NCBI RefSeq assembly: GCF_963921235.1
Contig: NC_086109.1
Span: 8,372,001-8,436,000 of the forward strand
Direction of reading: 5' to 3'
Length of the DNA: 64,000 nucleotides
Source of the DNA: Mobula hypostoma
Lineage: Eukaryota
The notes below the pieces were generated by a model. That model saw only the letters and a program-made list of their open reading frames with translations, was not told the DNA's origin and made no database searches. The position numbers and the translations under genes were made by a program. How positions within the stretch are numbered: the stretch's first letter is position 1; each line of letters opens with the position of its first letter. This document shows positions 29,400 through 42,332 of this stretch, one piece after another.

Positions 29400-29670
29400 G
29401 GGGGCAGCATGGTGGTGTAGTAGTTAGCACAACACTTTACAGTAGAGTCGACCCAGGTTCAATTCCCGCTGCTGTCTGTAAGGAATTCTCCCCGCGACCA
29501 TGTGGATTTCCTCTGGGTGCTCCAGTTTCCTCCCACAGTCCAAAGACATACCGGTTGGTAGGTTAATTGGTCACTGTAAATTGTCCCATGATTAGGCTAA
29601 AATTAAATCGGGGCGGCGTTGCTCAAAGGGCCAGAAGGGCATATTCCATGCTGATCTCAATAAATAAAAT
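29400..29670 (+). mobile_element. tRNA-derived HE1/V-type SINE
   Basis: A/B-box-like head (GGTTCAATTCCC) and core GGGTGCTCCAGTTTCCTCCCACAGTCCAAAGAC. Other copies at ~1-125, 27330-27750, 28150-28400, 41880-42085, 42600-42800, 49990-50250, 55090-55260. Confidence 0.8.
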
Positions 29671-30282
29671 GGGTCACTGACTAATGGGGGCTGCCATTTA
29701 TTTGGGACACATCTAAAAGACCAAAATCTAATTGAGAAAATAGTCAGGATTACCTGTACCCAAGCCCAAGAAGATTCTATTTAGGATTCCCTTTGTTTAT
29801 TCGGGACACTATGCTGCTCAATTGGAACAGGAGACTGCTGCCAAAGTTTCTAACTAGCTTCATTCGCATGCGCTTGTGTGGCTCTTATACACTACACTGT
29901 ACTTAGAAGGAATAATTTTCAAATAGTTGTGTGTATTTGTGCTCAAAAAGCATTGTCACTGATAGTTGGCAAGAGATAATTCAGAAATGCTTTGCACACT
30001 GCAGTTTCAAGGATTGGAGATGGCAGAAATGGTCGGGAAGAGAAAATGAAACCACTTCACTACTTCCACAAGTTATGAACTACAAAGAATTTGATGGTAT
30101 TGTCAACTATCTTGAAATGTTACAATGAAAATGAAGGTTTGGAGGATGCAATTGGTGAAAGCAGTGTATAAAGGCAGCCTATTATCTGCACTAGGTGTCT
30201 GTGTAGTTTTATATTACTGTAGTAGTGTTAGTGTTCTAATTTGTTCTCTGTTTCATTTAAATAGATATTTTATTACTCAGTT

Positions 30283-30540
30283 GACCAGGCTGGTGGCATA
30301 GTGGCATCAGTGCCAGACTTCGGGACGAAAGATCCCAAGTTCGAATTCAGCCGGCTCCCCTGCACACTTTCCATCCGTGCTGTGTTACGAGCTAGTGATC
30401 TCTTTGGAAACTCACCCAGCAGAAGGCAATGGCAAACCACTGCTGTAACTTGCCTCGTACGCGGTTCCCCACTACGTCAGAGAGGCGTGGAGGGAAATCG
30501 TCCGCTAACCGGAGGAACTCCGGATGCGACATACCGTTCC
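30283..30540 (+). mobile_element. Young tRNA-headed SINE inside a Tigger/pogo-like fragment (~29670-30670)
   Basis: TGGCATAGTGG A box and GTTCGAATT B box; perfect 14-bp TSD TTTATTACTCAGTT at 30269-30282 and 30541-30554. Confidence 0.8.
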
Positions 30541-31884
30541 TTTATTACTCAGTTAAACGGGTAGTCTTTTTTATATGTTTTTAACTATTTCCACAAAACT
30601 TTGGCTAATTGGGACAGCACTTAATTAGGCCAAAATGTACTGGTCCCAGTATGTCCCAATTTACCAGAATAATCTGTTTATTTCTTGTTGGAATTTATAT
30701 TTTATGTATTGCATTGTACTGCTGCCACAAAACAGTATATTTTACAACACGTCAGTGAAAATAAACAAGAGAAAATCTGCAGATGCTGGAAATCCGAGCA
30801 ACATTCAGCAGAATGCTGGAGGAACTCAGCAAGCCAAGCAGGATCTATGGAAAAGAGTACAGTCAACGTTTCAGGACAAGACTCTTCATCAGGGCCCCTG
30901 ATTCTGATTCAACTTCTTCTAAATCAAGTGGTTTGCCAGTTAAAAGTTAATCACACTGATGAGTATGGAGTCAGGTTAATGACAGCAACAAAAAGGGCAG
31001 TACATTATTTTTCCCACTCAAGATTGGTAACAAACCAGGCAAACTTTTAGGGTAATTTTTTTGATTACATGATTATCACTGTGCGACTAGTTTTTAGTTC
31101 CAGATTGTTTAAAATAAATTTAAATTCCGGATTCGTTTGTCCAGATTAACAGCCGAGCAACTTAAGCACCAAACTTCCAATGGGTGGTATGGAGAGTAAA
31201 AATAAATGCATAGAATTGCAGAGTGATCAAGAAGCAGAACTATCAGCCAGGTAACAGCTGAAGTTTAAATGAAGAATTTTCAAAATAAAAACATAATGTC
31301 AAGAAAAACAAGTTATTAAAATTAGACACCAGTGAACCAATCGCTTTTAAGATAAAAAAAACTGACGCCCCCACCCAAGTGTCTTCCCCTCTACTCTGAA
31401 GGACGAACGCTTGACTTGCCAGTGGTCTACGATTCGAAAAAATAATCAATTTGACTTTTCATCGAATATTCTTGGTTACACCATCAAGATAGCTTTACAG
31501 GAGTGCGGATACACAGAGTACTACAACAAAGTATCAGTGATGCAAGACGCAGTTCGGCCCATCGTGTCCTTCCTGGCCTTCAGATCAATCCCACAACCCA
31601 TCTCTACCTACAGAATTTTCCAGCATTTTTCTGTCTTTACCAGGAACGCAACGCAGACGCAAAACTTTGCATTTGAGGAAATGCAGCACGCCGAGTAGAA
31701 ATAAAAGTCTGCGGGTGCTGTTGCACGCTACCGGCTGGACGGGAGCCGTTGTCTGCGCCTGAGCTTTTGCATAACATCGAGGCCTCAATTTGCAGCCGTT
31801 GGCTCCGAGCCCAAAGGCCGCGCTCCCCTCCTCAGCAAACTATCACCTCCCAACCTCGCATATTCCAGCGCCATCATCACTCAC

Positions 31885-32110
31885 TTACACTAGCGTTTGT
31901 CCATAGCTCTTGGCCTGATCCGACGGGGGCGAGGGGTAAAGAAAGGGGTTGGGGGAGTAGTTAATCACTTGCAGGTGAACGCCACCTCGTCGCCATGATG
32001 GCGCCTCCTCGCCTTCGGAGAAGCGGAAACTACCTCCAACTTATTTCCGGTCCTACACTTCGATTGACGTGTAGGGTAACGCCCACCTCCTACATGATTG
32101 ACATGAGCAA
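31885..32110 (-). promoter_or_regulatory. MDM4: MDM4 CpG-rich promoter and non-coding exon 1
   Basis: Locally CpG-rich, with an ETS-like CCGGAA (~32045) and TGACGT (~32065). Overlapping donors GTAAGT (31883-31888) and GTGAGT (31879-31884). It is the clearest such island between TAF8 and MDM4 exon 2. Confidence 0.75.
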
Positions 32111-32664
32111 CAACCAAAATATTCGTAGGTCTTCTAACCCTAACTCTCTAATTGTAGGCTTTCTTGTTTAAAAATGTACTTAATTTGTTTTCCTTGTGAT
32201 TGCTGCTTAACTGATACAATGTGCCTTTCATGCTGCAGCGTTTCCATTGCACGTGCACTTAACGTTGACCAGTTGTCTGCATGACTTAAAATATTTTAAT
32301 AACTTTGCAAGTAATTTTTTAAAAATCTGCATCTTACACTTTCCCACCTATCACAATACCCCAGTTAAAATTCAAGAAAGAAAGTTTGTTAATAAATGTA
32401 CTTTGATACTATAAGTTTTGTAATAAGAACACAAAATGCTAGATCAGTTAGCAGGTCAGGCAGCACCTCCTGGATCGGCTATGACCAACTTTGTGACTCA
32501 TTTTTGTGAACTTAAGCTCTGAATGTTATTTGCTTACTTTTATCCTTTGCACATTTTTCTTTTCTGCACGTTGGGTGTTTGATGGTTGTCGTTTTTTTAA
32601 AATGGGTTCTATTGGATTTCTTTGTTTTGCGGCTGCCTATAAGGAGACGAATCTCAAAGTTGTA

Positions 32665-33000
32665 TATAGTCATGGCGCAAGCAAAGACACGGCACGCAAG
32701 GGAATTCCTAGAAGCGTGGTTTTCCGTAAACAAACATGTGTGGACCTCGATCCTATTTATGAGCCAATGCAGGCAAAATTCCAGACCACAAGGCACAAAG
32801 TCCACCACACAGCCAATCAGCGACTAGATTTCCGCCCTACATCACAACAGAGTGACGACCAATCAGCTGAATAATAAGTATATAAAGGCCAAGCAGCTGC
32901 AGGATTTGCAGCATACTGATGTCTGCTCATATGGTACTGAAATGCTTGCAAGTAAATTGCCAAGACCGGAGAACAATTCAACCCAACCATAGTATAAATA
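32665..33000 (+). mobile_element. Penelope-like element 3' fragment (second family)
   Basis: QAKTRHAREFLEAWFS...LDPIYEP, a GIY-YIG C-terminal-like motif, then CTGATG...GAAATGCTTGCA. Confidence 0.65.
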
Positions 33001-33154
33001 CTTTGATATTAAATGTATTTTGTACTTTGATCTGAAAGAAACAGTCAATATTTCATATCTACAACCCTTCATCAGAACCAAAATCAGCTAATAACGAAGT
33101 GTAATTTATCTATGTATATCAACAACACACAAAGTGGTTCTTAAAAAAGTTTAA

Positions 33155-33160
33155 TTTATT
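33155..33160 (-). terminator. TAF8: TAF8 polyadenylation signal AATAAA
   Basis: AATAAA with an overlapping ATTAAA about 420 nt after the stop, followed by a GT-rich tract (TGTGTGTTGTTG) at ~33120-33131. Confidence 0.7.
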
Positions 33161-33577
33161 TGGAACTGCAATAACTTGCAGCAAACAGCAAATGAGAAAC
33201 AAAAGGCAATCTTTGACAGATATTGCAATTTTTACTGCACTGGAAATCAGGTGGGCTTTCACGCTTCAAAATGATCTTCACACAAAGATCATGCAAATCC
33301 ACAAGTTATTCTGCAAAGTATTTCAAGCAGTTTCTGAACTAACAAGAAAATGCTTTGCATCATCGGGAAGGTGTTGAAGTTTTTTGTATATTAGTTATCC
33401 AGGTACTACACTCCTTAACCAAACTGAAGCTGCCTTAAGATACATTTCAGGGCCTCTTTTGGGTCTACATTCCCGTTTTCACAATATATGTATGAGGGAG
33501 GCATCTTTCAGTTAAAATATTTGTGCCATTTCGTTGCACAGTATTCTACCGAAATGATCTTTGCGTTTCCTTGGACT

Positions 33578-33718
33578 TCACTTCTTCCTCCGGACTTTGG
33601 GCTTTTTCACTGGTCTTAGATACGGATTGTCAATCATCGGCTCTTCACTGTTTTTATTGTTTGATAAACCCGAATTCTGCTGCAACATGGAGTTTTCCTT
33701 CTCAGCAGAAATTTCATC
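33578..33718 (-). CDS. TAF8: TAF8 last coding exon with C-terminal NLS and stop
   Basis: tcctag|GAT; encodes DEISAEKENSMLQQNSGLSNNKNSEEPMIDNPYLRPVKKPKVRRKK*. Confidence 0.95.
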   Translation of the reverse strand, partial: DEISAEKENSMLQQNSGLSNNKNSEEPMIDNPYLRPVKKPKVRRKK

Positions 33719-34493
33719 CTAGGAAGAAAAACATGCTTTTTACAAGGTGCATGACAACAAAGGACTGTTTTCACTATCAAAGCATTTACAACACAGTCAG
33801 GCATCGTGAGAAGCATTTCCCTATCGCTGCGCCTTCAGGGCAAACACAAGAAAAAAAGCAGTAGGCAACTTAGTCCCTCAACCCTGCTCTCCCAGACAAC
33901 ATGATGGTGGGTGATCTACTGCAGATAGAAATCACCAAAGGCATCAAACACAAGAGATTACGAGAGATTAGCTGTATTTATCGTACGTTTCTGGTTACTC
34001 CTCCTTTTATTGCTATTTTGTGCAATTTGGATCAGGGCGGACTGGCTCTGTGGCCTTCAGTCAACGAATGACAACACTGAACTGAACATTTCTAGACTTT
34101 TTCAATGTCACTATGGTTTGATGTTTTATATTGTGTTTTTTGCTCTTTTTTGCCATTTATGTGATTTTTTGCACATTGAGTGTTTGATATTCTCTTTGAA
34201 CGGGTTCCATGGTGTTTCTTTGTTTCGAGGCTGTCTATGGGAAGACGAATCTCGGGGTTGTATACTGCATACATACTTTGATAATAAATGTACTTTGGAT
34301 CTTTACATTGAAACATGCTATGAAATGGGTTGGTTGCTTCAATGACCAACACAGTCCGAGGATCTGCTGGGGGCAGAATGTTGAGGATTTGTATCCTACC
34401 TCATTAGGAGGTTAATGTAAACATTCATCAGTCTTGTCATTTGCAAAGGTTTGGAAAACAAAATGTTGGAAAGACATTAAATTGGATACATAC

Positions 34494-34636
34494 GGCATTC
34501 ATGTTGAGAGCAACATTCTCATTGTCAGTCTGATCATCCTGTTCTGAGGAATCAGTTTCCTCCATCTGCTGAAGTTCAAGTTCGGAAGGTAGCAAGGCGT
34601 TTAAATAAGGAATACTGGTGGTCCGGGCAGCAATCA
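34494..34636 (-). CDS. TAF8: TAF8 coding exon 7
   Basis: 143 nt, (L)IAARTTSIPYLNALLPSELELQQMEETDSSEQDDQTDNENVALNMNA|gtatgt. Confidence 0.95.
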
Positions 34637-36847
34637 CTTCAAAAGAGTAAATTTAAAAATAGTCAGAGAAACCAAACAGAGCCTTATAACAAGCAATTCA
34701 CTTTTACTGACTAATTACTGCTCAACAATTCAGGAACTGCTTCTTCCCCTCTGCCATCTGATTTCTGAATGGACATTGAACCCATGAACACGACCTTACT
34801 AGGTTTTTTATTTCTATTTTTGGAACAGGATCAGGGTTAATATCATCAGCATATTTCATGAAATTTGTTGACTTTGTGACAGCAGTACAATGCAATTGAT
34901 ACACAATAATATATAAAAATAAATTACAGTAAGTATATGTATAATAGTAAAATTAAGAAGTGCAATAACAGAACTAATTTTTAAAAAGTGAGGTAGCTGT
35001 TCTTGAATCACTGAGTGTGTGCCTTCAGGCTTCTGTACCTCCTTCCTGGTGGCAACAATGAGAAGAGGACACATCCTAGGTGGTTAATGATGGACGACGC
35101 CCTTCTGAGACACCACTCCTTGAAGATACTATGGAGACTGGTACCCGTGATGGAGCTGACTAATTTTACAAATTTCTGTCGATCTGTGCAGTAGCTGCCC
35201 CATACCTAATGGTTTGCATCACTTACTTAACTATTATATATATATAGTATATGTATTTACCGTAATTCACAGGGTTTTTTCTATATTACGTATTGCATTG
35301 TACTGTTGGCGCAAAGACAACAAATTTCACGACACATGCCAGTGATATTAAACCTGATTCTGGTTCTAATAATGGACATAATGTATCCAAATCAATAACA
35401 CTGACAGGACATAAACTTTCATAATTGATAACCTCTGTGTGAGTCCGGTGGGGGAAGTCAAAATCCAGTGTCTGCAAGCCTGAGTCTCAGTCTGCTAGAG
35501 ACCAGAGGTTGTAAAAGATGGCCTGTCCTGGCCTTAAGGACTGTGTATTTGCTTGGATGGAAGGAATGTCAGGGTTTGTCTTCCTGTTGTTGTTGTTGTT
35601 TGTGTTGTTCTACTGAGCACAGTGGGCAAGTAGTGCTGGCGCCAGAATGAATGGCAACACTTGCAGGATGCTCCCAGCACGTCCTTGGGTTTGTTGGTTA
35701 TTAACACAAATGACCAATTTCACTGTATGTTTTGATGTACATGTGATAAATAAACTTGAATCTTGGATCTTGACAAGTTACAAATCAGGCTTCAAATATG
35801 CATTTGAAAAGTTTGTGAATGGAAGTAGAAAAGTACTGAACAGAGCAGTGCCATAACATCAAAGACTCCTACCTCTGGAACTATTTTTATGGTTGCAATG
35901 ACATCATAAACTCTGCCATAGCCTGTCCCAACCCTGATTGCAAAAGGAGGAGGGTTGGGCATGGAGCTAACAACCCCATTCCATAAAAACCCAAATCCAG
36001 AGGAACACCAGCAAAGCTCCAAAGACCTCATCCCTGGGAGAGGAAAGATCTTACAAAAAGGGCTACACCTGGGGACTACTTGAAAGACTGGCCACACAGA
36101 TGACTCCAGTGAGCTGCTGCCAGCAGCTTAAGGGTAATGGTAATGGGTAATTACCCAGTATGAGTAAGAGGAAATTGACATCATACTTCTCAAGAGTCAA
36201 AAAGCATGGAAACAAGCTCTTTGGCCCAACTTCATAGTTGCAGCAGTCTTCTACAACTGAGCGGCCAGTTAAGAGTACCATCACATTAGACTGGCAAGGA
36301 AATCCCCAACAAACCAACCTCATGAAAGCAGTTAATGTCACCAAGGTCACTTTATTTCCAGATTTTGAACTTATTATTAAACTGCCAAAATGGGCTTCAA
36401 CCTGAGGTTAAAATCTCAAATTCTGAGGAAACAAAACTTCCGTATTACAATTTTGCAAAATTGGCCTGCTACAGAAACTCCAGTTCAGAGGAATGCAAGA
36501 GACTATGGAGAGTGATGGACTCAGCCACTTCCATCACAGGTACCATCGATGACATTTGCACAAAGCAATGCCTCAGGAGGCAGCATCCACCATGGACTCC
36601 CAGCATGCGTCCCATGCCCACTTCTCCATTCTGCCATCGGGCAGGAGGTACAGTGGTCTGAAGACCCACACCACAACATTCAACAGCTTCTTCCTCAATG
36701 CCAGTTCTTGAATTGTCTCTTAATTTTCCACTAGTCTCACTATGGTTAATTGGCACATGAAGGTTATGTATGATTTATGACAAGTTCGTTAACATATTTA
36801 TCCTTATCGATTACTGCTGCTACACAGAGCTAACTTTCCTAGGCATA

Positions 36848-38233
36848 GTCACTTAGTGGCCACTTTACTAGATACCTTGTGTACCTAATAAAGTAGTCAC
36901 TAAGTGCAAGTGTGTGCTCTTCTGCTACTGTGATCCATCCACTTCAAGGTTTGACATTTTGTGCAATCAGAGATACTCTTCTGCACACCACATGGTTATC
37001 TGAGTTACTGTCGATTCCTGTCAGCTTGAACCAGTCTGGCCATTCTCCTCTGATCTCCCTCATTAACAAGGTGTCTTCCCCACAGAACTGCCGCTCACAG
37101 GTTTTATTTCCTTCCACCATTCTCTGTAAACTCTAGAGACTGTTGTGCATGAAAAATCCCAGGAGATCAGCGGTTTCAGGGATACTCTGTTATGCCTGGC
37201 ACTAACAATCTTTCAAAGTTCAAAGTCATTGTAGAATACACCTTCTGGTGCTACTTGGACCACGTCTTCAGTGATGAACCCAGGGTCACAGGGTGTTTCA
37301 GGTCTTTAATCATCAGACACCCTCGCCCGGTGATCAGCCCCCGACTTGTGTCCAAGTGGCGCACTAATCCACGGATCGCCCCTCCAGATCCACAGCCACC
37401 GCGAGGCCTCTTCAGCAGCCTCCAGAATGTTCTTGGTGGCTCTTCTGCGCTGCAGTCCTTTAACTCCAGGAAGTTTTAGAGTCCGCTGTAGCGAATGGCC
37501 AGCAAAGCCCCGGCACCCAACGTCGACTGGCTCACAGCGAGCTCTCCAGCCATCGCTCCAGCATTCTGCAACAAGAACTGTGTATTTAGCCCTCCTGCAC
37601 TCGTCGGCCTCTTCAATCCAGTCCTCCCAGGGGACAGTAAGTTCCAGCAGAGCCACTTGCTTTGTAGACTCCGATATTATCACCAAGACTCCTGCACCAC
37701 CCACCCGATGGTGGCAGAAGGAGAGAGACAAGACAAACCCAGACAGACCGGGCAGGCTCAAGTGGGGGAGATCTCACAGAGAAGTGAGTTGAACACCAGT
37801 TCATCATCCGCCCCCGGTCACAATACCTTTTTAATCTGGCTCACCACTTAAATTGGCTAAACATCAGTCCCTTTTTTAATCTGGCCCAATCCACCCGAGG
37901 AATGGCCACCGTGGCCATACCTGCACTGTTGAGTGTTCAGTTTGCGGACTCTTTCAGGTCATATTGTTCAGACGATTCAAAAGCACAACTCCCAAAGGAA
38001 AGTTACAGGCTGCAGACTGTAGCAAACATAGTGCAGAAAAATCCATCTTGAAAATTCCACAAAGTCGCTTAGATTACATTTCTGATGTTTGGGTTGAACA
38101 GCAAATGAGCCTCTTGACCATGTATGTCTTCATTCTTTTATGCATTGAGATGCTGCCACATGATTGGCTGTTTGATATTTGCATTAACGAGCAAGTATAC
38201 AGCTGAATCGAATAAAACAGCCACTGATTGTAT
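36848..38233 (-). mobile_element. Tc1-like element (same TIR family as 22680) with nested insertion
   Basis: Degenerate TIRs CACTTAGTGGCCACTTTA / TAAAACAGCCACTGATTG; internal sequence similar to the reverse complement of 22680-23180. Confidence 0.65.
37245..37690 (-). mobile_element. HERO/R2-group non-LTR retrotransposon 3' fragment (restriction-like endonuclease)
   Basis: SESTKQVALLELTVPWEDWIEEA...AKY..L...GW.ARCEPVDVGCRGF motif. Confidence 0.75.
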
Positions 38234-38520
38234 AAAAGGGTTCAAATACTATAACAGTAATAACTCAAGTGTCAGACAGCCAGGAAAGAAATGAGACTGA
38301 ATCCCAAGATATTGTATTCAAAGAACTTCAACACACAGGTTTTTATATATATATTAAATCAGCTGTGTAAAAACATCACAAAGTATAAAATGGGCCACAG
38401 TTACAGCTCCAGTATTGTGACTGAGTAAACACCATCTCCAACTTATACGCCTGAGAAAGCAAACCTCTTTGAACTCTCCTCTGCTGAACTTTTCCACAAA
38501 CATAAATAGAATATACTTAC

Positions 38521-38668
38521 AAGGGAACGTTGAGACATCGTCTTTAAATAAACTCTCGGTTTCTCCTGTTTTAGCCATAAACCTGGTAAGAGCTCGCTCT
38601 ACATCTCTTCTCTGGGATGCAGCTTTCTCCCGCAACACTTGGTAATCAGATACCGGTTCTCTGATTGT
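38521..38668 (-). CDS. TAF8: TAF8 coding exon 6
   Basis: 148 nt, TIREPVSDYQVLREKAASQRRDVERALTRFMAKTGETESLFKDDVSTFP, AG/GT flanked. Confidence 0.97.
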
Positions 38669-41600
38669 CTACAAGAGGAAATGCACAAGATGTTTCAAAG
38701 TATAGATTCATGATTGTACAATGCTATTTCCAGTATACAAGTGTAAAGGAGAATGAAGTAATTGTTACTCCAGATCCAATACAGCATATGAAAAACACAA
38801 TTAAGATACACACAATATAAATACATAAGATAGCTCATATACATAGATTGATTATATGTACATAAAGAGACGCTATGTACGTAACTGTACGTAAGATGAC
38901 TCAGGTGTCTGTACATATTTTGTTCTGCTGAGCCAAAGGTAGCTTGTATCTTCACCAAAACTTCTCTGAGATTTTGAAAAGAAAAAATTGGAACAATCCA
39001 ATAAAAATTGGGGCAACTAAAAGTTTTGCAGTTGCTGGAAATTTGAAATATTACAGAAAATATTGGAAATATTCAGCAAGTCAGACTGTAACTATGGAGA
39101 GTGAAACAGAATTAAGATTTTGGCTCAGTAACCTTTCATCTGAACATTTTATGCTAAAGGACCTTTCAATAATACATTTTAGTTGTATTTATCTACCTGG
39201 GATTTTTTAAAAATATTAATTCCTTACCTTGCACTTGCCAATCTTTAAAAAATAGTATCTCTTCAAAACAAAACCATTTTAAAGTTTGACAAAATCAGAA
39301 GTAGGTTTTTCTATTGGGATCAACCCACAAGTGCATAAATCTTGATTTCCAAGATGAGTGGAGGAAAGGATTAATAATTAAGTGGTAATAATTAAGCACT
39401 AACAATAATTAAGTGGTCTCCATGTTTCTGTTACAAAGTCATTAACCTGAAACATCTGCTCAACTTCTGCCATCAAGGAAAAGGTAACACTGCTGATGAA
39501 CTGTTTACTCGCTTGCATGGGTGCTGCCTGACCTGCTGAGCTCCTCCAGCATTTTGTGTGCTGCAATGATAACTCTCCATTATTTTTGCAGAAATGGTAC
39601 CTCGGAATATGGAAGCTCCAGAGTGGGTGCAGAGGGAATTTACCAGAATGCATGTAGAAAGCATGTCTTATGAGGAGAATTTGAGTGAGCCAGGATATTT
39701 CTCCTTGGGATGAACGAAGGAGGATGACAGGTGTCTTGATAGAGATGTACAAGATGATAAAAGGCATAGATTGAGTGGACAGCCAGAGACCAAGGCAGAA
39801 ATGGCTAATACAAGAGGACATAATTATAAGGAGGAAAGTATAGGAGGGATGTCAGAGATTTTTTTTAAAGTAACAGAGTGGAGGGTGCCTCACTACTTTT
39901 TATTTCTATTTTTGCACTATAAATTGTGTACATCATACTGACATACTGGGCTGAATCCACTACCTTTTATAGGATTTTCCACTGAAAGGCATTGGTGTTC
40001 CCATACCAGGCCTTAGTGCAGCCAGTCAACACATTTTCCTCCACACATAGAAAGAAGTTGCTAAGGTTTTTGATGACATGCCAAATCTTCACAGACTCCT
40101 GAGGAAGTAGAGGTGCTGTCATGCTTTCTTCACAATTACATTTATATAATGGGTCCAGGACAGGTCCTCTGGGATAGTGACACCCAGGATTTTAAAGTCA
40201 CTGATGCTCTCCAACTCTAATCCTCTGATGATTACTGGTTCATGGACCTCTGGTTTCCCTCTCCTGAAGTCAACAATCAGTTCCTCGGTCTTATTGACAT
40301 TAAGTGAGAGGTTGCTGTTATTACACCACTGAGCCAAACTTTTAATCACCCTCCTTTTGCTATGCTAGAACGATTTTTGGGTTTAGCACATTTACATTTA
40401 GCAAATGACTTTGGCTACCAGTCCTCACATCTGAATATGTATTGTGGATTTAATTTGGAGTGCAGCTCTGAATAATGGGTTCTTAAAAGCCATGAATCCC
40501 AGACCAGACAATGCTGATTAAAATTCATTTGGATGTCTGTGGTGTGGGTGCTAATCGGGAGGTGTGAAGTTTGTGTGTGGTTTCAAAGAAAGCATTGTTG
40601 ATACATTGTAAATATGGAATTGTCTTTTGATGCTTAGCATATAAAATATCGAGTCCCACATTGAGCCAGTCAGACCGTTTGACCAAAAGTTTCTCAGTAT
40701 GATGCCTGCTCTACCTTGTTTAGTCAAATAAAGAAGCTGCTTCTTTTCTAACAGTACTTTTCTCCAGTGACTTCATTCACGCAACAACATGCTGATTCAT
40801 CACCGCCTTCGATACAGCCCACAAAATGGTGTCATCAGCAAACTTGTAAATGGTGTTGGAGCTCTACTTAGCCACACAGTCACAGGTGTAAAACAAGTAG
40901 AGCAAGGTGCTAAGTGAGACTTCACGCAGGAGTTGCTGGTTTTTATGCCATGAACCTCTACCATTATCCAAGATTGGGAACCCCTAGACCACAGACCCCA
41001 TCCACTCCAGACATTCTCTCTTCTCAACCCTGTCAGGCAGAAGATACAAAAGCCTGAAAGCACACACCACCAGGCTTCTATCCTGCCGAATAAGACCATT
41101 GAATGGTTCCCTAGCATGATATGATAGACGCTTGACTTCACAATCTAATTGTTGTGACCTTGCATTTTACGGTCTACTTTATTTCTCTGTAACCAACATT
41201 TATTCTCCATTCTGTTCTTTTCTCTTGTATGACCTTCTATGCAGGGTGGTGGGATGGAGATACATCTCTACCAAAGGTGGTGCAAGGAGTTCCTTCCCTT
41301 CACTAGCCTGCAGGTCACCCTTGGGCAAGGTGTAGCACCTGCTTAGCTCTCCCCCCCACCCCCCCACCCCTCTATCAGGGTCACGTAAGGCAATGGCAGT
41401 ACACTGCCCAGAAAGCGGCAATGGCAAACTACTTCTATAGAAACATTTAGCAAGAACAATCATAGTCATGGAAAGACCGTGATCACCCACGTCATTACAC
41501 ACAGCACATAACAATGATGGTGACCTACAATCCAATGTTGCAACTGTATAGAAGGTATACAAGAAAAGATTTTCACTATGCTTTAGTATATGTGACAATA

Positions 41601-42207
41601 ATAAATTAATATATCAATTTTAATTAGACACATAAACCTGATCAACATGCTTGATGTCAACACACTGGCACCTAAGCAATGTTCACATTTCACATAGCAG
41701 ATCACCTCTTTGAAATGGAAATCAAAAGAATTCAGAAACACGAGATTCTGCAGCTGCTGGAAATCTTGAGCAACACACATAAAATACTGGACAGACTCAG
41801 CAGGCCATCAGCACCTATGTAGGGGTATAAACACTAAGTGTTTCGGCCTCAGACCTTTCAAAGGGACTAACTGCCCATCGACCCATCTATTTAATCCTAA
41901 CCTAATCACAGGACAGTTTACAATGACCAATTAACCAGTAAAGTGGGAGCAAACCAGAGCACCCAGAGGAAACCCACACGTTCAAAGGAAAGACATACAA
42001 ACTTCTTACAGAAGACGTGGAATTTAATTTCAAACTCCGAAGCGCTGAGCTCCAATAGCATTGTGCTAACCGCTACACTACTGTGGCTATCCAATGCTGC
42101 TCGACTGGCTGAGTTCCTCCAGCCAGTCAGAGTTCAGCATCACTTAGTACATTCTAATTACAGTTCTGAAATTAGATACAATACTAAAGAGGAGATTTGA
42201 CACTTAC

Positions 42208-42332
42208 AGGAGTCTTTATGTATGTGTGAGGATCAGGGAATTCTGGAAAGTGTCCTGGGATGTATGAAGGATGTATCCTCTTCTGTCCTGTGGAAAGTGC
42301 TCTGGGAGTTGCTGGAGTGTTTGTCACAGGAG
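42208..42332 (-). CDS. TAF8: TAF8 coding exon 5 (proline-rich region)
   Basis: 125 nt, PPVTNTPATPRALSTGQKRIHPSYIPGHFPEFPDPHTYIKTP|gtaagt. Confidence 0.97.

Noticed and set aside
30283..30360. tRNA gene
   Set aside because: Incomplete cloverleaf followed by a SINE body and flanked by a TSD.
24031..31880. p53 response element or P2 promoter in MDM4 intron 1
   Set aside because: Only isolated imperfect half-sites were seen by eye; a PWM scan would be needed.
31961..31996. ATGGCGACGAGG as a frameshifted relic of TAF8 'MAD' exon 1
   Set aside because: The similarity is too short to support and it lies downstream of TAF8; it is better explained as an MDM4 uORF.
37290..37325. CTGATGA...GAAA hammerhead-like words in the HERO 3' UTR (minus strand)
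   Set aside because: No stem I or stem II geometry is evident; it reads as a simple hairpin.
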